A stretch of 59,882 bases of DNA, counting the filler. It is 7 parts of 7 records of this genome, joined end to end, with 100 filler letters (N's around TTAATTAATTAA, not from the genome) between each part and the next. Parts side by side here need not be neighbours in the genome. Positions count along the whole stretch, not along the records: positions 7,874 to 14,048 come from SRR31156797_20828; positions 14,149 to 23,845 come from SRR31156797_20841; 5 more parts are not named here. The stretch is one strand, 5' to 3'. The notes under the pieces are model-generated. The model searched no databases. It was not told where the DNA came from and saw nothing but the letters and a program-made list of their open reading frames with translations. Of the stretch, positions 8,921 to 18,798 are shown piece by piece. Made by a program: the position numbers and the translations under genes. Every line of letters begins with the position of its first letter. Within the stretch, counting starts at the first letter, position 1.

Positions 8921-9994
8921 TTGAAACCTATGAACTTTTCAATTCCTAAAAAATATTTTAGAATATCGTTATTGCTTTCTGCTGCTCTTAGTTTAATTAT
9001 CCATTTTTCATTAATCGCAAATTTTTGTTTTGAGCAGCATAGAGGGAGTCACGATTTTTCGTTTGGTTTTATAACTTTCGAATTAATCACAACTTTCATT
9101 ATCGCAATAATACTGTTCTATATCAATTATTTCTACTATAAACCATTCGATTTAAATTCGAAGTTAACGTATAAAAAAGTAATATCATCAATTATATTAA
9201 CAGCTGTTATTTCGGTTTTTATTATTTCGGTTTTATCATTTGTTGGAAATCCATTTATGGATGAAGGACATTTGCGTCGACACAATGAAATACTATTTTC
9301 AAGAAATTTATTTGGGGCAGCGGTTATTCTGGTTTGTATCTTTATAATCCGATTAATATTTCAAAAACAAGCAATCGAACTGGAAGTAGAAAGGTTGCGG
9401 ACTAAAAGTATTCAAAGTCAGTTTGAAGCACTTAAAAACCAACTAAGTCCTCATTTTCTATTTAATTCCCTGACCGCATTAAAGTCGTTAATCGAAGAGG
9501 CCCCCGAAACGGCAAATACATATATAAATCATTTATCTCAGGTTTTACGACACTCATTGCAAAGCCATAAAAAAGAGCTGGTTACATTAAAAGAAGAATT
9601 GGAACTTACTCAATCATATGTTTTTCTTCTGAAAATAAGGTATGGAACAAATCTATCGGTGGAAACAAAAATTAACAACAAATATCAATCTTTTGAAATT
9701 CCTCCTTTAACGGTTCAGAACTTAGTTGAAAATGCAGTAAAACATAATGAAATAAGTAAAGAACATCCTTTACAAATTACCATTCAAACCAGCGATAATG
9801 GGTATCTTGAAGTTATAAATGTTATCCAGGAAAAACTTACTCCTGAAGAAGGAACAGGTATTGGATTAACCAACCTGATTAAATTATACAAATTACTAGG
9901 TAAAGAAGATGTACAAATTTTTCAGAACAACAAGGAATTCAGAGTTGAGGTTCCGTTAATTAAACCTACAATTTATGAAGACACTGATAATTGA
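8921..9994 (+). CDS. LytS/YehU-type sensor histidine kinase (4 TM)
   Basis: ALKNQLSPHFLFNSL H-box, LVENAVKHN N-box, GTGIGL G-box. Confidence 0.92.
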   Translation: MKPMNFSIPKKYFRISLLLSAALSLIIHFSLIANFCFEQHRGSHDFSFGFITFELITTFIIAIILFYINYFYYKPFDLNSKLTYKKVISSIILTAVISVFIISVLSFVGNPFMDEGHLRRHNEILFSRNLFGAAVILVCIFIIRLIFQKQAIELEVERLRTKSIQSQFEALKNQLSPHFLFNSLTALKSLIEEAPETANTYINHLSQVLRHSLQSHKKELVTLKEELELTQSYVFLLKIRYGTNLSVETKINNKYQSFEIPPLTVQNLVENAVKHNEISKEHPLQITIQTSDNGYLEVINVIQEKLTPEEGTGIGLTNLIKLYKLLGKEDVQIFQNNKEFRVEVPLIKPTIYEDTDN

Positions 9995-10733
9995 AGATGA
10001 AACTCCCGCAGCCAAACAATTGGTAAGCATTTTAAACAAAACTGGCAATATCGATGAAATTGAAATTGTTGACAGTATAAAATCGACAGTCAGCTGGTTT
10101 AAGACCAACCAACAACCCGATGTTGTTTTTATGGACATACATATTGCCGATGGCTCTGCATTTAAAATATTTGAATATATAGATATTGCCTGTCCAATAA
10201 TTTTCACCACTGCTTTTGATGAATATGCAGTAAATGCATTTAAAGTAAACAGTATTGATTACATTCTCAAACCCATAACTTTAGAGGCGGTTGAAAAAGC
10301 ATTCCGCAAACTGGAACTACTAAAAGGGGAAAACAAAATGTCGGTTGGATTACACGAAATTATTAAAGAAATAAATCGGGAAAAATCGTATAAAACACAT
10401 TTTTTAGTTTCAGTAAAAGGAAACAAAATGATTCCTTTGCTTGCTTCAGAAATTGCCTGCTTTTGTATTGATGAAGGAACCGTTTTTGCAAAAACATTCG
10501 ACAAAAAAATGTATAATCTCGATTATACACTCGATGAATTAGCCGGCAAACTTAATCCCACAGATTTTTTCAGGGCAAACCGGCAATTTATTATTTCCAG
10601 AGATTCAATTAAAGATGTAGATTTTTGGTTTAACAGCCGGTTGTCAATCAATTTAAAAGTAACTGTTTCAGAAAAAATTCTGATAAGCAGAACCAAAGTT
10701 ACAGAATTTAAAGAATGGTATTCAGGAAAATAA
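9975..10733 (+). CDS. LytTR family response regulator
   Basis: REC domain (IIEDE, FMDIH, TTAFDEYA, DYILKP) plus LytTR domain (FFRANRQFII). Confidence 0.95.
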   Translation: MKTLIIEDETPAAKQLVSILNKTGNIDEIEIVDSIKSTVSWFKTNQQPDVVFMDIHIADGSAFKIFEYIDIACPIIFTTAFDEYAVNAFKVNSIDYILKPITLEAVEKAFRKLELLKGENKMSVGLHEIIKEINREKSYKTHFLVSVKGNKMIPLLASEIACFCIDEGTVFAKTFDKKMYNLDYTLDELAGKLNPTDFFRANRQFIISRDSIKDVDFWFNSRLSINLKVTVSEKILISRTKVTEFKEWYSGK

Positions 10734-10757
10734 AACATGTTACGTCTATAGGTTTGA

Positions 10758-10808
10758 ACATTTTAATCGAATATCGCGACATTTCAGCCTCGAATTTCTC
10801 TGTTTTAT
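10758..10808 (+). promoter_or_regulatory. Putative LytTR binding direct repeats (21-bp period)
   Basis: ACATTTTAA at 10758, ACATTTCAG at 10779, CTGTTTTAT at 10800: 9-bp units with 12-bp spacers, between the LytTR gene and the next operon. Confidence 0.55.
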
Positions 10809-10883
10809 TTTAAAAACTAAACTTTTCTTCAAAAATTCAATCTAAATCAAAATATCAAAAACTATAAATTAAAGACTAAAAAG

Positions 10884-11420
10884 ATGGAAGTTGGAAAAAA
10901 TGAAGTTACACCCAAAAAATCAATTCATAAACTAATTCGTTCGCTTCACCGCGATATCGGTTTCTTAGTAATTGGGCTAACTATTGTTTATTGTTTAAGC
11001 GGGATTTTATTAATTTTTAGAGGTACCGATTTTTTGAAAAAAGAAACACTAGTAACAAGAAATATTGAACCAAACAGAGATCCCTCGGAATTAGGCATGA
11101 TTATGCATGTTAGAGAAGTAAAAGTAGTGAAAACAGAAGGAGATGTTGTTTATTTCGAAAATGGGAGCTACAATTCAGCAACCGGAGATTTGGAATATAC
11201 CTCGAAAGAACTTCCAAAACTTTTAAATAAATTAAACGGATTCCATAAATCATCGACCAGTAGTAAAACACACTGGTTTAGTATTGTATACGGAATTCTG
11301 TTGCTATTTCTGGCATTGTCATCTTTCTGGATGTTTAAATCGCGTTCAAAATTATTCCGAAGAGGAATATTTATTACCCTTGGTGGAATTGTAATTGTAA
11401 TAATTATTTTAATCCTATAA
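10884..11420 (+). CDS. PepSY-associated TM helix domain protein
   Basis: RSLHRDIGFL...YCLSGI and LNGFHK...ALSSFW motifs; 3 TM segments. Confidence 0.8.
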   Translation: MEVGKNEVTPKKSIHKLIRSLHRDIGFLVIGLTIVYCLSGILLIFRGTDFLKKETLVTRNIEPNRDPSELGMIMHVREVKVVKTEGDVVYFENGSYNSATGDLEYTSKELPKLLNKLNGFHKSSTSSKTHWFSIVYGILLLFLALSSFWMFKSRSKLFRRGIFITLGGIVIVIIILIL

Positions 11421-11493
11421 AGTTTTCAGTAGCAGAAAACAAAAATACGGAACAGAACTAAAAACTAAATACTTTCAACAAAAAAACCAAATC

Positions 11494-13719
11494 ATGAAAC
11501 AAGCCATTTATTTTATTATTGTTTATTTATTGCTGGCCATAAGTTTGCCTGCATTTGCACAAGATGAAATACAAATTAAACCATTGTCGGGTGAAATTAA
11601 TTTTGATGGAAATGTTTCCGAACCCGAATGGAAACTAAGTCAGAATTTTCCCTTGGCAATGCATTTTCCGGTATTTAATAACCCGGCATCCGAAAAAAAT
11701 GAGGTTTACATTACATTTGATAATAACTATTTATGGGTTGGTGCCATTTTGTATTATGATGATGTTTCAAAAATGGTGTCTACAAGTAAAAAAAGAGATG
11801 AAGAATCGGAAAATTCAGACTCATTTGGATTAATTCTCGACTCGTACGACGATAATGAAAACGGGCTTGGTTTTTTCACTATGCCTTCAGGAACAAAAAT
11901 CGATTACAGTATTTCAAACGATGGTCAGGGTGGAGGCCCTCCGGGACCGGGCGGATCTCAAAATTATACATGGAATTCATACTGGGATGTTAAAACGGTA
12001 ACTACAGAAAATGCATGGCATGTTGAAATGCGAATACCTTTTTCAAGTCTTCGTTTTCAAAGTGTAAACAACATTACTAAAATGGGATTGATAATAAACC
12101 GTTCAATAAGTCATAATAACGAAATTGATACGTATCCCGCTATTGACACAAAATATGGCCGCGATGCAAACATCAGACCATCGTTTGGAAAAACCATTGT
12201 TTTTGAAAATATACAAGCCAGAAATCCGGTTTACATTTCACCTTACGTAATAGGCGGAACATCAAAAAACTATGAAATAAACGAAGCAGGCACTGAATAT
12301 GTTAGTACCAGCGATCCCAAATTCACAGGTGGCCTCGATGTTAAATACAACCTCAACAACAACCTAACCCTCGACTTTACAGTAAACACCGATTTTGCTC
12401 AGGTTGAAGCCGATGATGAACAGGTAAACTTAACCCGGTATTCGCTTTTCTTTCCTGAAAAAAGACTTTTCTTTCAGGAAAGAGCTGGTATTTTTAGTTT
12501 TGACCTGGGAAGAATAGAAAACTTATTTTACAGCAGGAATATAGGAATTTCGGATGGAGAACCTGTTGATATTCTTGGAGGTGTGCGGTTAGTAGGCCGT
12601 TTGGGAAAATGGGACGTTGGATTTTTAGATATGAACACAACCAAATATAATGGTAACCCGGCAGAGAATTTTGGAGTCGCCCGTGTTCGCAAACAGGTAT
12701 TTAATGAAAATTCGTATGTGGGTGGTATGCTTACATCGCGGGTCGATTTTGAGGGAAATTATAATGTTGCTTACGGTATAGATGGAATCTTCAAAATATC
12801 CGATGTCGATTATCTTGAAATAAAACTTGCACAAACACAGGATAAAAATATTGAAAGTGAGACTCTCTCTTTAAATCCTACATATTTTGGAATTGGAATT
12901 GAAAAACGGGCAGAGAAAGGTTTTATTTACAGGGGTAACTATTCGTACTGGGGAAAAGATTTTATGCCTGGAGCAGGATTTATGTTCTTGAATGATATTC
13001 AACGATTTAGCGGAGAATTATCATACGGATGGTTTCCCGGACAAGAATCAAAGATTTTCAATTATTCGCTGGGAGCCGATTTCGACATGACCAGTAGAAA
13101 TGAAGATGGGAATATAGAAAGCATGGAATTTTCACCTCAATTCAGAATGCAACTAAAAAGCGGATATATGACATTTGTATCGTTGCAATACCAAAAAGAA
13201 GGCGTTCCATGGGACTTCAATTTATCGGAAGATGTAATTGTGCCAATCGGTGAATACTCCTTTTGGGGAATACGAAGCATGATAATGACTCCGCCAACAA
13301 AACGTTTTTCATCCAGGCTGAGTATCGATGGTGGTGAATTTTACGACGGCAATCGTTTCTCTGCTGAATTTGAACCCGAATTGAATGTTTCAGCAAGTTT
13401 AAAATTATCAGCTTCATACCAATTCGATAAGGTTAATTTTTCAGAAAGAAACCAAAGTTTTGCAAACAATATTGCACGGGTAAAAGCAACTTATATGCTT
13501 AATACAAAAATATCAGCCAGTTCTTTTGTGCAATACAATCAAATCGACAATATCCTGCTCACCAATTTCAGACTTAGATATAATCCAAGGGATGGAAATG
13601 ATTTTTACCTGGTATTCAACAACATGAGTAATGCAGATAAAAAAGATTATACACCGAAACTACCGTCTTATTTAAGCAGAACATTATTATTAAAATATAC
13701 ACATACATTCAGATTATAA
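11494..13719 (+). CDS. DUF5916 outer-membrane protein with N-terminal CBM9/DOMON-like domain
   Basis: Signal peptide, FDGNVSEPEW, WHVEMRIPFSSLRF, NTDFAQVEAD, LFFPEKRLFFQE; beta-barrel C-terminus KYTHTFRL. Confidence 0.85.
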   Translation: MKQAIYFIIVYLLLAISLPAFAQDEIQIKPLSGEINFDGNVSEPEWKLSQNFPLAMHFPVFNNPASEKNEVYITFDNNYLWVGAILYYDDVSKMVSTSKKRDEESENSDSFGLILDSYDDNENGLGFFTMPSGTKIDYSISNDGQGGGPPGPGGSQNYTWNSYWDVKTVTTENAWHVEMRIPFSSLRFQSVNNITKMGLIINRSISHNNEIDTYPAIDTKYGRDANIRPSFGKTIVFENIQARNPVYISPYVIGGTSKNYEINEAGTEYVSTSDPKFTGGLDVKYNLNNNLTLDFTVNTDFAQVEADDEQVNLTRYSLFFPEKRLFFQERAGIFSFDLGRIENLFYSRNIGISDGEPVDILGGVRLVGRLGKWDVGFLDMNTTKYNGNPAENFGVARVRKQVFNENSYVGGMLTSRVDFEGNYNVAYGIDGIFKISDVDYLEIKLAQTQDKNIESETLSLNPTYFGIGIEKRAEKGFIYRGNYSYWGKDFMPGAGFMFLNDIQRFSGELSYGWFPGQESKIFNYSLGADFDMTSRNEDGNIESMEFSPQFRMQLKSGYMTFVSLQYQKEGVPWDFNLSEDVIVPIGEYSFWGIRSMIMTPPTKRFSSRLSIDGGEFYDGNRFSAEFEPELNVSASLKLSASYQFDKVNFSERNQSFANNIARVKATYMLNTKISASSFVQYNQIDNILLTNFRLRYNPRDGNDFYLVFNNMSNADKKDYTPKLPSYLSRTLLLKYTHTFRL

Positions 13720-13754
13720 TCATTAATTCAATAGCTGCAAAACATTAAATAGTT

Positions 13755-14048
13755 TTGCAGCCAATTATTTACAATAACAATTTTCAAATGAATTTATTAA
13801 AAAAAACAGGCATTGCCGCTTTTCTATTTTGCATTATATTTTCGAAGGCCGGAGCACAACCAATCCCGGTTGAATTAATGCTTGGGAACAAATATGGAGC
13901 AGTAGATGTCGTATTCAGTAAAAAATTATCACCCGATTCAAGATTCTCCTTTTTTCATTTAAGTTCTGTTGTTTTCGACTACGATGAACAATACAAAAAT
14001 AGTTTTATACTTCAGGAAATGGTATTATTTGAAACCGTAAAGAATTTA
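13755..14048 (+). CDS. Hypothetical exported protein, 3'-truncated
   Basis: Signal peptide (likely start ATG 13788) ending AGA|QPIPVELMLG; runs into spacer. Confidence 0.6.
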
Positions 14049-14148
14049 NNNNNNNNNNNNNNNNNNNNNNNNNNNNNNNNNNNNNNNNNNNNTTAATTAA
14101 TTAANNNNNNNNNNNNNNNNNNNNNNNNNNNNNNNNNNNNNNNNNNNN
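14049..14148. other. Artificial contig-joining spacer
   Basis: 44 N + TTAATTAATTAA + 44 N. Confidence 0.98.
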
Positions 14149-14954
14149 TCCCTTACACGAGAAGCACCTACACCAACATACATCTCAACAAAGTCAGAAC
14201 CTGATATTGTAAAGAATGGTACTTTTGCCTCTCCTGCAACTGCACGAGCAAGCAATGTCTTACCAGTTCCGGGAGGACCCATCAATAGTACCCCCTTGGG
14301 AATCCTAGCACCCATATCCATGAATTTTTTCGGATCTTTTAGAAATTCAACAATTTCTTCCAGTTCCTCTTTCTCTTCCTTTGCCCCAGCAACATTCTCG
14401 AATGTAATGCTCTGCTTTTCAAGGTCTACTTCCTTGGCTCTTGATTTACCAAAGCTCATTGACTTATTGTTCGCACCATCTACCTGCTTCATAAACAATC
14501 TAAATGCAATAAATAAGATTACTATGACTACCAAAAATGGCAGAAATGATGTTAACAATGATGTTTGCCTTAGTTCAGTATCATATGTCACTGTGATACC
14601 TAAATCGCGTACTGTAATGGTATCAACTGTTTCGTCAACATTTTCCGGCATTCCTAATGCAATTGCCTCCAAGTCCCCTTCCAAATCAGAAACATTAGTT
14701 GTATTTACTACAAAATCGTAGTTTCCGGATATATCCTCTGCTTCATAATCGGAGTCTACATACTGACCTGTTACCTTTGTTTCAACAATGTTTATCGCTT
14801 TGACGCTTTCTGCTTCAACAGCGTCCAAAAACTCATTATATGAAAGCTCATCAGGTCCGCTGGTTGTACCCATCATGGAATACACTACGAACACAGTAGC
14901 TGCAATTAACACACCAAATACCACTAATCCTCTTAAGGTATTATTATCTTTCAA
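14149..14954 (-). CDS. ftsH: ATP-dependent zinc metalloprotease FtsH, N-terminal part (3'-truncated)
   Basis: 2 [30 protein letters not shown], Walker [27 protein letters not shown]. Confidence 0.97.
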
Positions 14955-15029
14955 TTATGACCTCCTTTATCTGTGCACACTATCCTTTAATTCATAAATC
15001 ACATTTATTCTACTTTACACAGATAGTAT

Positions 15030-15058
15030 ATTATATCACCTGTAATTTTAATTATCAA
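15030..15058 (-). promoter_or_regulatory. Sigma70/sigmaA promoter of ftsH
   Basis: Minus strand TTGATA-N17-TATAAT with extended TG. Confidence 0.7.
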
Positions 15059-15127
15059 CTCATAATTATCCAAAAACAAGTCAGTTCATGCCCATTTATA
15101 CATAATCCGTACTAAAAGCAAAATCCG

Positions 15128-16786
15128 TTAATCCTCGACAGTCAGCTTGTCAAGTTTTCCTCCGATTTCTACAATAGATTTCTGGTATTCTTCTGAATTT
15201 ATATATCTCTCAATCAGATAATCATACTTACCCAAATTCATATTTATTATTGTTTTGAATCGCTCTGCGGTAAATACTTTGCCGGAAATAATGATTTTTA
15301 ATTTATCATAGTATTCCTTTAGCGATTCATCCTCTATCATATTCTCACCTGTCTCATAAGTCTCAATATATCCTGCTGGGATTGCTCTTTCATAATGCGC
15401 TATTCTTTGATTAGGGGGAGCAGGTATCCTAGACAACAGCGGATCACAAAGCGCAAACTTGTCTATTATTTTAGTTTCATCAGGTGCAAAATAGCCATAG
15501 AATCCTACACCATCACCAATATAAACCTCATCTTCATTAAGCAGCGAACCATCATATCCCCACCTAAATACAGTCCTATCAGCATCATATCCATACTGCA
15601 ATGAATTAATTACATAATAACTGAGTCCTGCATCGTTATAATAGAACCTTCTGGCATCAGATACATTAGGAAGATTACCAATATGCTGCTCAACATTCTC
15701 GTACCTTAACTTTGATGTAATAGGTGATGTCTTCGTCAAAGACCCCATCAGTAGTATCACACAAACTGTCAAATGCACTATTCGCTTATTTTGTATAATT
15801 TCAAATGTATTTTTGCTCCAATTAAATATCAAGACAACTGACAAAAACAGCGGTGCTGCTAGGAATCTTCCCACCATGAAGTCTCCGCCAATGTAGATTA
15901 TATAAATAATATAGAGCAGTATACCTCCTGCAGTGACTGAGTATTTACCACGATTGAATTTCAAATATACTATACCAAGTACAATAGCCGCAGCAATTAT
16001 TAATATTGTAACAACATCGCCAAAGCTAATAGTCGATAGAATATAATCATATCCATATTTAAATAATCTTAATTTATCCGTTGCAAGATTCAGCTTCGCA
16101 TATGCTGTATTAGGAAATAAAAATCCATAGTAGACTATAGAGAACATCTCCCATGCAATAAATGGTGCAAATCCAGCAAATCCTAAGCCAATTTTCTTCC
16201 ACTTAAAGTTTCTGAAGAATGCATAGCATAACGCTGGGATGAAAAGCAATATTGAATCCATCCGATTAATCAGCGTAAGAGATGCTACAATACTCAGCTT
16301 TAAAAAGGACTTTGGATCATTCTCATTTTCCATGCTAAAAAACATCTTGTAGAAAATCCCAATAATAAGATAAGTCATAGGATTCTCCAGCCCTGATGTT
16401 GCAAAGTCTACAAAGCTCTTTGATACCATCAGTATAGCAATTGCAATTACTGCAAAATAAGTTTCATTCTTTTTTTTAGACTTAAAGCTGATCCACACAG
16501 CAGTCATAGTTAATGCTATTGATAGAATTATAGAAGACAAATATATATTCTTTGTTACAGCGAATATAGGAATAATCGAAAATAAATATAGCGGATTAGA
16601 ATACGCCTGCACCCTATCGCCTACATTCCAAGTCAAACCATTACCAGAAAGTAAGTTTTTTGCATACCGAAATGATATATATGCATCATCCATTATCCAT
16701 GCACATTTTAATATTACTGCTAATAGAAGAAAAAGCATTATTATAAATGTTATTGTACTTTTTCGCTGAACTTTATCTTTGAACAT
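15128..16786 (-). CDS. GT-C fold membrane glycosyltransferase, AftB (arabinofuranosyltransferase)-like
   Basis: DDAYISFRY catalytic loop, G.RVQAYSNPL, FATSGLEN, YYGFLFPNTAYAK, GGDFMVGRFL; multiple TMs then an extracellular domain. Confidence 0.78.
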   Translation of the reverse strand: MFKDKVQRKSTITFIIMLFLLLAVILKCAWIMDDAYISFRYAKNLLSGNGLTWNVGDRVQAYSNPLYLFSIIPIFAVTKNIYLSSIILSIALTMTAVWISFKSKKKNETYFAVIAIAILMVSKSFVDFATSGLENPMTYLIIGIFYKMFFSMENENDPKSFLKLSIVASLTLINRMDSILLFIPALCYAFFRNFKWKKIGLGFAGFAPFIAWEMFSIVYYGFLFPNTAYAKLNLATDKLRLFKYGYDYILSTISFGDVVTILIIAAAIVLGIVYLKFNRGKYSVTAGGILLYIIYIIYIGGDFMVGRFLAAPLFLSVVLIFNWSKNTFEIIQNKRIVHLTVCVILLMGSLTKTSPITSKLRYENVEQHIGNLPNVSDARRFYYNDAGLSYYVINSLQYGYDADRTVFRWGYDGSLLNEDEVYIGDGVGFYGYFAPDETKIIDKFALCDPLLSRIPAPPNQRIAHYERAIPAGYIETYETGENMIEDESLKEYYDKLKIIISGKVFTAERFKTIINMNLGKYDYLIERYINSEEYQKSIVEIGGKLDKLTVED

Positions 16787-16978
16787 CTTTATCTCTACAC
16801 CTTATATACTTATTCGCTTAGATACGATTAAAAGAATTATACATTATTAGCTTATAATTAACAACATGTTAATTGCCAGAAATACACATTTTACCAGTAA
16901 TTATATTGAAATTCACTAGTTGCATTCATATTTATCCCATGATATATTTAGGTTTATAAATTCTGAAAAGGTATACAT

Positions 16979-17734
16979 ATGGATATCTCAATATCAACAT
17001 ATTTAATAGTCCTGCCCCTAATCTTCTTTGCAGGATTTGTAGATTCAATAGCAGGAGGCGGCGGGTTAGTTTCACTACCTGTTTACTTAGCTGTAGGTCT
17101 GCCTCCAGCAACAGCTGCAGGAACCAATAAATTTTCTGCAAGCTGCGGTACTTTGTTATCTGCATCCAAATATTTTAAATCAGGAAACATACATTTATCT
17201 GCTGCTCTTCTTTCTGCTCTGTTTGCATTTATTGGTTCATATATCGGTGCTAATATAGCTATTTTGCTGGGAGAAACACTAAAATATATCATTCTTGTTC
17301 TTGTTCCCATAGCTGCAGTTATTGGGTTAATTAATATTGATAAGAAAACCGATAGAGTTAAAGGCAAGAAACTATATATCCTAGCAGGTTTAATTGGATC
17401 AATTATAGGACTCTATGACGGGCTAGTAGGACCAGGAACAGGAACTTTCCTTATAATGCTGTACTCTGCCATATGCGGTTACTCATTGCGAGAATCTTCA
17501 GGTAATGCAAAAATAGTCAATCTATCCTCTAACCTTTCAGCTCTTATAGTGTTTATTATCCACAATCAGGTAATGTATTTACTAGCTATACCTGCAGCTA
17601 TTTTTGGCATTGCAGGTAATTATATTGGTGCAACACTAGCAATTAAAAATGGCAAAAAAATAATCCAACCAATACTATACTTTGTACTGGTTGGAGTCAT
17701 AGCCAAAATAATATTCGATATTTTCTTCAGTTAG
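16979..17734 (+). CDS. TSUP/TauE-SafE family transporter (YfcA-like)
   Basis: AGFVDSIAGGGGL, GTNK, YDGLVGPGTGTF and GNAKIVNLSSN. Confidence 0.93.
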   Translation: MDISISTYLIVLPLIFFAGFVDSIAGGGGLVSLPVYLAVGLPPATAAGTNKFSASCGTLLSASKYFKSGNIHLSAALLSALFAFIGSYIGANIAILLGETLKYIILVLVPIAAVIGLINIDKKTDRVKGKKLYILAGLIGSIIGLYDGLVGPGTGTFLIMLYSAICGYSLRESSGNAKIVNLSSNLSALIVFIIHNQVMYLLAIPAAIFGIAGNYIGATLAIKNGKKIIQPILYFVLVGVIAKIIFDIFFS

Positions 17735-18779
17735 CTTCGGGCCAGAGAGATTCATCAACATTAGCATAAACCATTTCCACTGTATAGAAACCATCCTTTA
17801 TTACAGTATCCATCATATTGTCCTTAGTGACTGCAATAGGTTCATAGGCGATATAATTAACATCATATTTACCATTATTAATGGTATCACAATATCCGAT
17901 ACTCTCTCCTTTTGCCATCTTCACTGCTATTTCAGCCGCACCTTCTGCCAGTATATGAATAGGTTTGTAGACCGTCATACCCTGCAGACCTTCCACAATT
18001 CTCTGACATGCAGCTAATTCAGCATCCTGTCCAGTTACATACACATTTCCCGTAAGTCTGTTTTCGCTAAGGGCATTAATAGCTCCTTCGCTTACTCTGT
18101 CATTTGCTGCAACTATGGCATCAAATTCTCTGCCTGAATCAATCGCTTTGTTTACATATGCATAGGATAATTCATCCCTCCATGCATCTATCCAGGTTTC
18201 GCCTACTACATTTATGCTTCCGTTATCAATTTTTGGCTGAAGTACACTCATATATCCTTCATTGAACATAAATGCGTTGTTGTCTGTTTCTGCACCATTT
18301 AGTATCAGATAATTACCCTCAGGTACATTTCTTATAACTTCTTTGCCGATTAATTCGCCCACCATATAGTTGTCAAAGGAGATATACAAGTCAACATCTG
18401 CATTCTTGATAATTCTGTCATAGGCAATTACCTTTACATTATTATCATGAGCGTAGTCTACAGCAGCGGAAAGGGAATCCTTATCATATGCTACAATAGC
18501 CAATATGTCTACTCCATCTTCAATCAACTCTATTATAATTTCATTCTGAAGCTGAGCATCCTCATATGCGTTCTTTACAATGACCTGTGCCCCTAGTTCC
18601 TTTGCCTTTGCAACAAATATATCCCTGTCTCTCTGCCACCTCTCTACCGTCATGGTTTCCAAAACAAATCCTATCTTGATAGTATCATCATCATTGATAA
18701 AATTCTGACTTTTACAACCTGACAGCAAAAACACAGCAACCAATACAATTATCAAAACCTTCTTCTTCATATTCTTCAC
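17727..18779 (-). CDS. xylF: Sugar ABC substrate-binding lipoprotein, XylF/ChvE type
   Basis: Lipobox LSGC; ERWQRDRD, AYDRII, ISFDN, TDNNA, TGQDAELAACQRI, TVYKP. Confidence 0.85.
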   Translation of the reverse strand: MKNMKKKVLIIVLVAVFLLSGCKSQNFINDDDTIKIGFVLETMTVERWQRDRDIFVAKAKELGAQVIVKNAYEDAQLQNEIIIELIEDGVDILAIVAYDKDSLSAAVDYAHDNNVKVIAYDRIIKNADVDLYISFDNYMVGELIGKEVIRNVPEGNYLILNGAETDNNAFMFNEGYMSVLQPKIDNGSINVVGETWIDAWRDELSYAYVNKAIDSGREFDAIVAANDRVSEGAINALSENRLTGNVYVTGQDAELAACQRIVEGLQGMTVYKPIHILAEGAAEIAVKMAKGESIGYCDTINNGKYDVNYIAYEPIAVTKDNMMDTVIKDGFYTVEMVYANVDESLWPEAN

Positions 18780-18798
18780 ATTGTACCTTTTTAAGTTG

